A stretch of DNA of 64,000 nucleotides from Owenia fusiformis. Its lineage: Eukaryota. Within the stretch, counting starts at the first letter, position 1, and the number at the start of each line of letters is the position of its first letter. The position numbers were made by a program, and so were the translations under genes. Shown in pieces: positions 27,701 through 39,700 of the stretch. The stretch lies in the NCBI GenBank assembly GCA_903813345.2, contig CAIIXF020000001.1:39370001-39434000 (forward strand), in the 5' to 3' direction. The notes below the pieces were generated by a model. The model worked only from the letters and a program-made list of their open reading frames with translations. It searched no databases and had not been told where the DNA came from.

Positions 27701-30700
27701 TATTGCATAAACTTGTTTGTCAATTCCATTTAGGCAAATTGTGTTAGCCTAAATACGAGATAAATATCATAATGAAAATGGCGACATTGATCCATAGTAG
27801 GTCACTAATGGAATTACCTTCAAGCATTTTGCTTTTCCTGAAGAACATTAGTGAGAGTTTCTAAAGATTCCTTTTGACATGCTATCATTCTCTTAGTCTC
27901 TTTATATCATGTCTTCACTGTCTAATGTCTACATTCAGTCTCTGTTTACGTCCTCTTTACTTCAAAACCATTCAGCTATGATATTTGAGATTATTAGGGA
28001 ACGAATTCTTGTATTTTCACCTGGAGTGCTCTACATGCCCAAAACTGAAATATCATATGACTTCGAAATTTTTTTTCAATTTGGAAAGATGCTGTCCATT
28101 CATAATTAGTTGATATTCTGGCCATGTCTGTTATGTTTAATTGGAACTTAAAAGTTTTTATGTTATCTGATGAGCCCAGGACAGCATCTGTAGAAATATA
28201 TGTGTCATCAACTCACCATAATTCTGGCTCTCTGTCAGAATCATGCGCTTTTTATTGAAATTGATGAGAACATTCAGCATAAAAGGAAAATGAAGCTTCA
28301 TCTGTAAGAACTAAACACCTCATATAATTGAGAAAACCCTGTGTCTTCATTCACTCAGGAAACTGGAAATGTGATCTGAATTCTATGATGATGTAAAGGA
28401 TAAGCTTAAAGAACGCAACAATTACATAGATTTAATGAATGAAATCATCATGATATACTCTTTAGAAAGCTGTATGAATCGATATGAGATCTGACCCATT
28501 GATGTTTCGACTCTTCTTAAAAAGTAAAATACTATCATGGATTCTTATTTTATTACCAACAACCAGTATTACATCACAGCAAAATAATATTAATTGATAT
28601 TTCATTGAAGCAGTTCTTTCCAAAATTGAAATAATTAATATTTATGTCTAATTAATATATGTGACTGTTCATTTCATATATTTCAATATCAAAGAGAGAT
28701 TGTTTGGAAAATCTAATGGAAATATCCGTTATCTAATAATTCTACAATTTCACTGCATTACCTTGAGGCTATTGTACAATTTACATGACATTTTATAATG
28801 ATGAAATTGCAAAGTCTCACAGGGAATATACTTTGTCAGTCTAATAACTTGATAAACTTCATATTGATATAGAATTCATTGTACATTATGTATAAGTATC
28901 TCTCCTGATATTATTCCATTTGATCATTGAGGTCTCGCTAATAACCTACATGTAATTTCTAAAGACTTAGATATTGATTTGATTCAGATGTTTAGTAATA
29001 AATTCAGCAAAACATGTAGAATTCCTTGGTTCAAGCTATGTTAAATTGTGTACTAAAACTGTTCCTAATATATATATATATATAACTTTTATTGACATAT
29101 AGTATCATAACATGATTACAATATATAATAATGTTAATAAGAATCATTAAGTTGCCAGCACAAAGGGCAACATTTGGAAAACAGAGACCAAGCAGCCATT
29201 AAAGAATTTCTGTCTTATCAACTGCAATGTATATCACATAACATAAATCATATATTAATAATAAGTTAAAATATCCAGCAATCCAATATTGTCTAATTTC
29301 TAAAAAGAAGTATAATTAGGAAAAATGATTTATTGAGTCATATTAACATTAAAAGATTATTCAAACACATAAATCCACACATCCTCAACATCCCCCCTTA
29401 AACCTGGGGGGGGGGTACTCCCATATATTGGCTATATGGGGACGTGCCGCTTAAGTGGGAAAAAACCTAGATGTGGGTCCCATTTTGATGAAAAAATCCC
29501 TAGAACTGGGTCTACTTTTTGTAAAATCCTAACAGCTAAAACTAACTGGGTACTGTTTTTGAGAAAAATTGCCGGATGTGGGTATTGTTTTTTGAAAATT
29601 ACTTTGAAGTGGGTCTATTTTTGAAAGAAAAACCCTAGATGTGAGTCCATCTTAAGAGAAAAAAATCCCTAGATATGGGTAGATATTTTGAAAATATTAG
29701 AAAATGATGATTTATCCAGCTTCTTATGCATAAAAATGTCTTTGAGAATGCAATTTAGAAGTAACCCAAACATTTACCATGATGCAATGTAATATTAGAC
29801 GTATATGATACTTGTAAAGCAATCTTACTATGAAAATATTTAACCAGTAGTAGTAATACACGGGATTGATCATTTATTATAGTACTAAAGTGTTGTGCAA
29901 TGTTTACAAAGATACAAGTTGGAAACTATTAATCAATTAAGGGTTATCTCATGCTTCATCACTTCTTTCAGTGATGTGCCAATTAGATCCTAGCTGCTGA
30001 ATCTGGGAACTTAATATCCATAAGTTCACACAATCCAATACCTGGAGAAAATTGTATTGTAGTATATTACAGTATACGTATTATACAGTTTTACATCATG
30101 ATCTTGATTTGAAACAATTTGAAATATCACCCAACTCTAAAATAGAACTATCTACTGTATTAATTAAATTATTCATTCTTTGACTTTTTTTTTAGACTTT
30201 TCATAGCTGGTAAGGGTTTACTACAGAAATGGACTCGCAATGTTTAGGATTAGTAGCAACTTACCATTTTCACTTAATATTCTCTTTGAACTTCAACAAC
30301 TTTGGTGCTAATATTTACCAGTAAACATGTCATAATCTCAATGTTATGAATGAGTTATCTCTAAAGCTACATCACAGTTTAACACCATGGTAACTCGTGT
30401 ATACAACAATGCAACTCGAGACTTATCTCCTCAAATAGCCTCAAAGCTCCATCTTAAAACAGCAATGTAGCTTATGTCATTTTTATAATTTTTTTCTTTA
30501 ATGGATGGATCATTCCAGTATTCTGCCTTTTACAAAAGTTTGGAAGAAAAGTTAAATCAAGTCTTTTCCAATCAAATGTATTTCCTGGAAAAGTAATATA
30601 CCATTACTATACGGGTTGCAGTATGAATATTTGATATGCCGTATAATCCATAAAGCGCCATTCAACCAGTAATCTTTTGATTAAAAACTCAAAATAATTG

Positions 30701-33700
30701 TGATTAATATCAACAAAAATATGTTATTATAATGCATGCACTAAATCATACTATGGAGGGAAGAATGTAATTTTCTAGCTGAGATCCCTGCGATTAACCG
30801 CTTCACTGACCTCTTAATCTAGCCAAAGATTATCCCCAAAGTGACTTCCCTCTGATCAAGTTGGAATAGGGAGATTCATTGTGAGATATATCTCATTTTG
30901 GCATGATTGAGTCGGACACAGCAATCCATCAAACATGGAAATGTCCTTCATGGTAGTCCGGTTTTAGATCTCCAAAATATAGAAGAGATATTGAAGTAAT
31001 TTTATGTCAAGGCTGCCCGCCTGAAATACCCCAAATTGTATAGCTACACGGGAAAGTTAATTGTATGAGAAAATGTGTGACATTATTTTGACTGTATATT
31101 CAAACGGAGGAGGTCTCATCGTGCCACCTATCATCATACTTGATGGGACGAAATGATGATGATGATTTTGACTCAGCTTGAATATTGTTCCAATTTCAAA
31201 TTAAGTGTCCTCCTTGCTTTCAATCATTTCCAATAAATATGATGTGTATTTTATTTATGGTGAAAAGTATACACACAAACAAACACATATCAGAAAATAT
31301 TTTAAACAGAAATGATAACTAGAGATCTAACGATCTAAGATTGCAAGCAATCTTACGGAGGCCCCGTAGATACCACAGTTTGTCACCTTATTTGATGACC
31401 TTTGACCTTAAAAATTGTACTTTTTCAGAGCTCAGTATGTCCTTTGTGATTAAGCTGACCTAAATTTGAATTAAAAAATCATTTTGAAAAATCAACATTT
31501 TTTTACCTTTCGAAGGTCACAGAAGGTCAATTAAAGGTCAAAGGTCAAATCTGAGGTCAAATTTGAACTCCTGAGACTTTGTAGATGCTTTTTAAAAAAA
31601 TATTTGGTCAATTTGAAGCAAGTTGAAATTTGACCTTCAAAATTTTCGAAATTTGACCTATTTTCAGTTCTTGAGCTCTTATATCTCAAAACTGGTGCAA
31701 AATTTAAATAGATAGTCAATTGCTCATATGTGAAGTACCTCTAGAGGAATAGATATCCTGACTTTCAACCAAAAATATTGATTTGTAGTCTCTAATTTTG
31801 AGAAACTTAGATAGCACAGTTTGTTATCTAATTTGATGACCTTGACCTTTGACCTTGAAAATTTTACTTTTTCAGAGCTCAGTATGTCCTTTGTGATTAA
31901 GCTGACCTAAATTTGAATCCAAAAAATCAATTTGAAAAATCAACTTTTTTGACCTTTCAAAGGTCACAGAAGGTCAACTAAAGGTCATTGGTCAAAACTA
32001 ATGTCAGATTTGAGTTCCTGAGATCTTGTAGATGCTTTTTAAAAAAAAATTTAATCAATTTAGAGCAAGTTGAAATTTGACCTTGAGAAATTTCAAAATT
32101 TGACCTTTTTTCAGTTTTTCAGTTCTAATATCTCAAAACTGGAGCAAAATTTTAATAAATAGTCAATTGCTAATATGTGTAGAACCTTTAGAGGAATATA
32201 TATTCTGACTTTCAGTAAAAAAAATTGATTTGTAGTCTCCAATTTTGAGAAACTTAGAAAACACAGTTTGTGATTTCATTTGATGACCTTGACCTTTGAC
32301 CTTGCAAATTTTACTTTTTTAGACCTCAGTGGGTCTTTTGTGAATAAATATACCTAAATTTGAATCCAGAAAATCGAGTTGAAAAATCAACTTTTTGACC
32401 TTTCGGAGGTCACTGGAGGTCAACCAAAGGTCAAAGGTCAAAAGTAAGGTCAGATTTGGAATCCTTAGAACTTGTAGATGAGTTTTAAAAAAAAATCTGG
32501 TTCATTTGAAGCAAGTTGAAAAATGACCGATTTTTGCCGATTTTTGAAATCAAATATCTCAAAAACGGTAAAAAATTAACGCGTACATATAGTGAGCAAT
32601 TTGTAGAGAATGCTTATATCTAGTTACATTTTAATTCATCGCAAGAAATAATGAAGTATGAGGACGAAATCTGAGAAACTTAAAAAAAACTTAGATTTGA
32701 CCTAGATTTTGACCTTTGACCTTGACCTAGATATGAACTAATTTCCCGACAAGTCCAGCGCATGTCCCTAGTAGGAGCATATAAGAGTTAATTCAGACCT
32801 AGCTAGAAGTAGGAGAAAAAGTGCTAAAAAGAATAATAAGAAGAATAATAAGAATAACTACAAAAACTATAGGAGGCCCCCTGGAAGGGCCTCCTAATAA
32901 TCAGAGTAGATGATACATAAAGATCCAACACATTCAAAAGGGAAATAAAAAAAACAAAGAACGTTAACATGAGATTTCGATTACATTCTACAGGATTTAA
33001 TTTGATCACATGCATTAGAGGAACTGCGTGTATAAAGGGCACAGTCTACTCAGTAATTAAATGTCATTCTGTGACCAATTCTACTAATGGTGTCTCAGTC
33101 AGTTTGCATAAGGTGTACTTTTAACATTATTGCTTTCTGAAGTCAAAACCTAGAACATTACCTCTCTTATTGAAATCTTCCCTGATTTGTTGATAGGTAT
33201 CCAGTATTTTATAATATCACTTATACCTCTATATGTTTCTCATAATCTCTGTACTTTTCAGTCCCTGGAGAACCAAGAAAAGTCAGAGTAGAGGCCATCA
33301 ACTCTACCCATGTTCGGGTAGAATGGAAGCCCCCATCTAATCGTGATAAGAATGGCATCATCCGTGGCTACCAAGTTCACTGGGTCGCAGTGAATGAACA
33401 CAAAGAGCCGATTGGTCTTGCCAACATTCATACAGTGATGAATGCCTCCCAGCACTTTGCGATTATCTCCAAACTTCAACATGACACAAACTACCAATTC
33501 CAGGTTGCTGCCTATACAAGGAAGGGTGATGGCCAGAGGAGTAGGGGACGTACCATCAAGACAAAAGGAGCAGGTAAGTGAATATGTAGTCAGTCTTTAT
33601 TGTACTACACTGTTGTATCTGTGAATGGGTTTTCAATGAGTGATGTGGACTGTGGATCATATTTGTTAAGAGGAACATGTACTATGGTATTTTCTTGTGT

Positions 33701-36700
33701 GTTGATACAATCTTGGACAGTCAAGAATGAAGTAATCCTGCAGAGAGAACTGAATGAAAGAAATCATAGGAGAACCAGTTTCAAAGTGACCTTCTGAAGT
33801 TAATTTTAGTATTTGATGTCAGAAGTAACGTTTGAGGCTTGTGTATTGCTTCAACAGGCATGTGTGATGTGTTGTAACGCATAGGTGTGAACCTTCCACT
33901 TTGCTATGTAGAGCTATGTATGTAACTTCAACATGTCTACATGTAGTGTTGGGCTGGCTTCATCTATTCTCATTATTCATTTTTCGTGTCAGATTCTTGA
34001 CCAGCCGACGGCGTGGAATCTAACACATCTTTGATGGAAAGATTGTATCATATGGTATAAGCTCTGGTTTTATTATTAGGTGCTAAAGGATGTTCTTATA
34101 TTTATGTGGTTTTGTGAATGTTTTAAATATGATTGTTAGAAGTATTTTTCAAATTGTGATTGAATTTGTGAATCAAATGGACATAAGGTACCATTGCTAA
34201 AGATAGGTTTGCAAACATGGCTCAATATAGAATTGCTGACTAACTTACTTTATCACAACCCCATATGTTTCATAGGGTTATTATCTTCATTTAGTGATAC
34301 AGTTCTAGGTTTAATCTAGAATGCCATTGGTAAAGTTGTAGATTGAGCTTGCTCTTGTGAGCATATGTACATGTATTCATGTACTTCAGCATAGTACTAT
34401 AGTATAGGTGTTCAAATTGCTGAGATTCCAAAGTTGTATGTCCCATGAATATTTGACAAAATTGCTGCTAATGCTCAGAAAATCTGAAATAGATTACTGG
34501 CATTTATACCATCCCTCCCTATTATCTAAATACAATCTCTGAGTCTCAAGCATTATACATATACTAAATGTGGTTAGGATATACTCTCTCAGATCCTTTA
34601 TCGCCTGCTCCGCCTGCCCCCGATTCAAGTGACTATAGCAACCATAACTTTTTTCTTCAAGGGCCTATTGATTATAACTTTGGATCTCAATGTATGAATA
34701 GTGTAGGTATACTGAGTGAAAATATCAGCCAGATTGACTGAGAGACAACAGTTTTAGAGCACTTTTGCAAGAACTTTATGAACGCCCTGTACAGTATGTG
34801 TGAGTTGAAATCAGATGTATCAAAGAATTTTTCTGTTTATTCTGTTAAAACTACACTAAGTAGTCTAAGTCAAGATGAACAGTTATGAATAGAGAAACCT
34901 TTGACTTTATGTAATTCTGTAATCAGTCAGAAAGAGTCTTGTTTATAGTAAATGTATTTTAAAGCCCATTTGACATTACAATAATGAAGCTGAAAGTTTC
35001 AGCACACAGAACACAGCTTAATTAACACGAACAGATCAAATGTGATGTGTTTACTCTCACTTTGATGGTATTTCCATGAAATTATGGGCAAATGGTTGAT
35101 GTAGAGAAGGGAGTGTGGTGGCAAGAAGTAGGCACTGAATTCTGTGTGCAGTATACATAACAATGCAAAGAAATTCAAACGATTCTGATTAGTTTATGTT
35201 TAATGTTGTTCATATTTATGGAGCAACATGAAGAAATAAGCATGGATATAAATATAAATTGTCCCAAAAATCAAAGGAAATCAGGTGGAATTAACATGAT
35301 AAAAGCCAATCATCTTGAACCATTATGATTGAGAAAATCAGAGAATAATATTGAGGATGAGTCACCGTTTCTTATGTTCAATCATGTTTTGACCATTAGT
35401 TCAATCTTACATGGCCAATCAATCACTTTGAACTTTCCCTACGGAGGAAGTACAAGACAATCAATGAAGAAAAATCAATTATTCTCCAAAAGTTATAAAC
35501 ATGTATAATTCAAAATTATTATTTTTCATTCCAGTGTGATTCTATTTTTCATATTGTACCTTGAATCTGTATTTCTCTTGATGGAAACCTGAATATTGCA
35601 TCTTTTCTTACAAAGCATGTGTTTTAGCTGTATTGGTCTCTTTCTGATCCTTAAAAACTGATTTTGATGGTGTTTATGAAACCCAATCGAATATGCCTGC
35701 CAACCATCTGGAAATTGAGATACCTTAATGTAAACATTAGAGAGCATTAAAACTTTTCTGAAATCTAAAATCTAACCACAGCTCAACTTCCGACCATATT
35801 ATTTCAGAGCTTTTATATTATATTTTAGCTCCCTAGTGTAATTTAGAGATATCTTGCTGGGTTTGATGTGGTCTTGTGCATGTACTCTGAAAGAATTGTT
35901 TAACAAATGTGATATTTAAGCAGATGAGCTCAGTTTCTATCTATTTTTGGTTCAAGCTGATGGCAATGCCACATCTTTGAGCTAGAGGCCTATATTTATG
36001 TGAAAACAACATAAGTAGAACTTGAACAAAATGAAAACATTAAGGTGTTTTCTAGATTTGCAGTGTTATCAATAGCCAGTGTGCTTGAGATTAGTAAAAA
36101 TCCAGGGACTTTGATGCAATGAAGAGATCATACACTGGATATTATGGTAATGTTTCAGTATCAAATAATAAGTGCTTACAATTACTGATGAGTTTTCTTT
36201 AGGTTTAATCTATAGCCGATGATACTTTTAGTGTCTGGGTCTGTCAGGCAATCTGTTAGTTTCAGTATAAATTATCACCACTAACTTGCAGTGCATTTAT
36301 GCTCTAAAGTATTTGAAATTATACTCAAGCGTACTCACAATGTGAATGCACAAATGGCAACATTTGAAAACTCACTAAGATTAAGTCCCTATAAGATAAG
36401 AATTATTATCTCCTTTCAAATGTATATCATTATGTACATTTAACCTCACATCATGGATAAATAATACTCATCAAAACCATTATTGTTGGCTTATCCCGAT
36501 TGAGAGGGGGCTGAAGAGATTGTAATAGAGAGAATCCCAATTACATGGATTACAAAAACAACTTTGAATTGCTTCACAAATTCCCAAGTGTGTTTCATCT
36601 AAGTTGAATGTAGGAACAACTGTTTTTGATGATGTATAACACTCATTGAGGGTTACTCATTAAATCTTGGAATGGATTACTGCATTGTTGATGTGCTGTC

Positions 36701-39700
36701 TACAAACAGGTAACCCCTGTATTAAGTATTTTATCCTCATCTATAATGTCTCATTAATTTGCATTTTTCCTACAATGTTGCCTTTGTGAAATATAATGGA
36801 GATTTGAATGTAAATATGGGTAAACAGGTATAATATAAAATACAATGTTGAGAAATTCTAGCTTTGGTTCTTTGGGAGGGAAGACAGTTTTAGCTGAAAT
36901 GATCCAGGGTAAGTGACTCATATACCTTTAAAGGGTAATTCCCAAACAAAGGTTTTCTAAAACATTGCTTTATTCATTGTGTTCATACCCGTTCTGTTAA
37001 ATCTCTGATTGTTTCAGGTACCTCGTTGGGATATGTGTTAGCTTGAAGGTCATTAAATTGCTGTCCTTCCCTCCATATACTATTATGTTGCCCATATTTT
37101 ACTAATTTAGTAATTCTTAAAGTAGCAAGCTGTGTTATGTCGCTGTGTACCAGTTGTTGAGGTTTTTACAATTTCGTGACATATACTTTAGTAGCAGAGT
37201 AAATGCTGGCAATTAAGTTTGTTAGTTCAAGATTTATTTCCAAGAGACTGGAGACAGCTGATGGGAAACGATATTTTACTCCATATGAATATGCATTCTA
37301 GTCTTGGGAAAGAATAACACTTCTAGTCTTTTATGTTATGCCGATATAGTCATGTTCTTATGATATAAGGGTAGAATAGAGTGTTGTTCTAGTATATTCA
37401 GTCGATTCTTTCAATCAGTTTATTCAATATTTCTCTCAGAAGTGCAAGATAATACCCTGCGTGCAGAGTCTAGTTAAACTAAGAAGACGAAGCTCTCTTT
37501 TAAGAAGTGGAGTCAAATGAATGCAAAGGGTAGCAAGATAAGCATGTGTGTTACTTTACACAGAGGAACAGATTCAAAATGTGTGACTAGTATGTAGTTT
37601 AAGGAAGGGTAGATTATGTCTGTTACAGAGTTTGATCATGCCATTACCCTGTCACAGGAAGAGATAATCTAAATTAGATCTGAACCAATTTTGATTTTCA
37701 TTCAGAGGAGAAGGGGTACACACGTTTCCACAGAGAAATGATATCAGTTCTGTCAAATATGATAAATAAACCAATGTTCCTAAATGTGATCTGAATGCAT
37801 TTGATCTTATTTGTTTCTTCAAAAACTGTTATTTTGTCATCTTCTGAGACACTTTCTTGTTCATTATACAGATCATGTTTGATAATGAATGTTTTTTATT
37901 CCTACTGGGATTTGATTTTAGGAATACTATACAGGGAATAACTCTGGTTATTCACATTACTTGATATATTGAACCTTGGCATGTCAACTGTTATAATAGT
38001 AAGGCCACGTTTCCTATGTTGATAACTATCTATTTTCTATTTTCAAGTATTTTATTGCTACAGATATTGGGAAATATATTTTGACAAACCTTTTGAAGGT
38101 ATTGCTTTATTCTGACTTGAATAAACTGCATCTTCGTCCAAAATAGTCACTTAATTATCTGTGTCTTTATCTGTGTTCTTCAACCTATCTTTAGATTACA
38201 TCAGTTTACAAGCTGACCGATTAATCAGCAAACTTATTCAATTCCCAAATAGTGTTCTAAAATTACAAGGATCTCACCAAAACAAGACAAGAGTGACCTT
38301 TATTGACCTAGCTCTGGTTCCTTTGACCTAACTCTGGCTTGAGAGAATTACCTGGACCAGCTCAAATGTCCTTCTTTATTATCTTTTGGAAAACATCAAA
38401 AGTTCTAAAATCTGCATCAGACCTTTTATCTGCTTGTTCAGGTCACTTTTAGTTAGATCTTCCAAGTAGAATCATAAGCTCAAAGTAAGAAGTGTGTCTC
38501 TAATGACTTACAATAGACTCAGTAGATTGATTACTAGGTGAAGTGACTTTAAGGCATCATCAGTTTGGTGCCTTCAGCTTTTTTCAACAATATCATCACC
38601 CTGGTGGCCCAAATTTGGGCATGATGATTTTCTTAGTCATTGGTCCCAAATGATTGTCTTTCTCATGCTCCTCTAGGTTTGGTGCCATAATAGACAAGTG
38701 TATAGTTAGTATGGTAGCAATGTGAGCATAATAATTTTCGTTGTCATTGCTCACAAATGGTTTCTCTCCACTTCCCATGCTCCTCACGGTTTGTTGCAAT
38801 AATAGACAAATGTATAGTTAGTATGGTAGCATTAAGGGTCTTTCTCTTCATCTCATCTCAATGCTGTCTTATTTGAAAATGGGTCATTGATAAAGTCAGC
38901 AATTTATACCAGTGAGTCAATCTTGATATGAAAAAAACTTGATCAATTGGAAAGAATCTACTGTTGTATTGTACAGTATACTATAGTCTATCGGGATGAG
39001 TATCGGGAAAATACTGGTGGCAGTATACAATAAGGAAAAAATTATAACTTCATCTACCAAACCTTTGATGTGCTTTGGTCCAAGCATGAATAGAATTAGA
39101 AGAGTACTCTAGTATTATCTTGTTGTTGCTATGGTTACTAGCACCTGCAACTGTTATCTTGTTGGAAATTAATTGATCATTTACATTATGTAAAGGTTAG
39201 ATTCCTCCTGGTCACCCCTTACATTACATCCTTCAACAGTTCAATGTTACCTATAATCATTATTTATTTTTAATAATTTTTTTCTAGTAAACTATTAAAA
39301 CAGAGGACTGACACAGAGTAATATTTTTTATGTTGCCTTAACGGGAGTTTTATCTTCTGTGCCCTTCCCATCTTTACTAGAAGCTCCTATGGCAAGGCTG
39401 AAAATACTTGTAAGCATACATCTGAAAGTATTTTATCCAGATAATTGATTTCATAGTTTAGGTGGGGCTTATAAAAATGCCCCTATAAGCTTAGCCTACA
39501 GGTGGAAGACTTAATGGGGAGGAGGAGGGATAAAGTAATCTACTTACCGACCAAATCTTTGTAAGTCGCTCACTTTACGAACATAAACAGCGGAGCTCCG
39601 ATAATCGTATTGCAGTTTGTAGATGACGCTAAATTACCTGACCTACTTTCCTCGTTTGTGATTGGCTGGAAGTTAGCGCGGTCTTTTTGAAAGTTGGTAC

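Noticed and set aside
5560..37025. AG|GT junctions (near 5579, 6975, 33195, 37017) as recursive splice sites
   Set aside because: Weak donors or AAG acceptors; expected by chance in AT-rich introns.
38596..38799. Minus-strand 67-aa ORF
   Set aside because: Non-ATG start, overlaps a local duplication, no recognisable domain.
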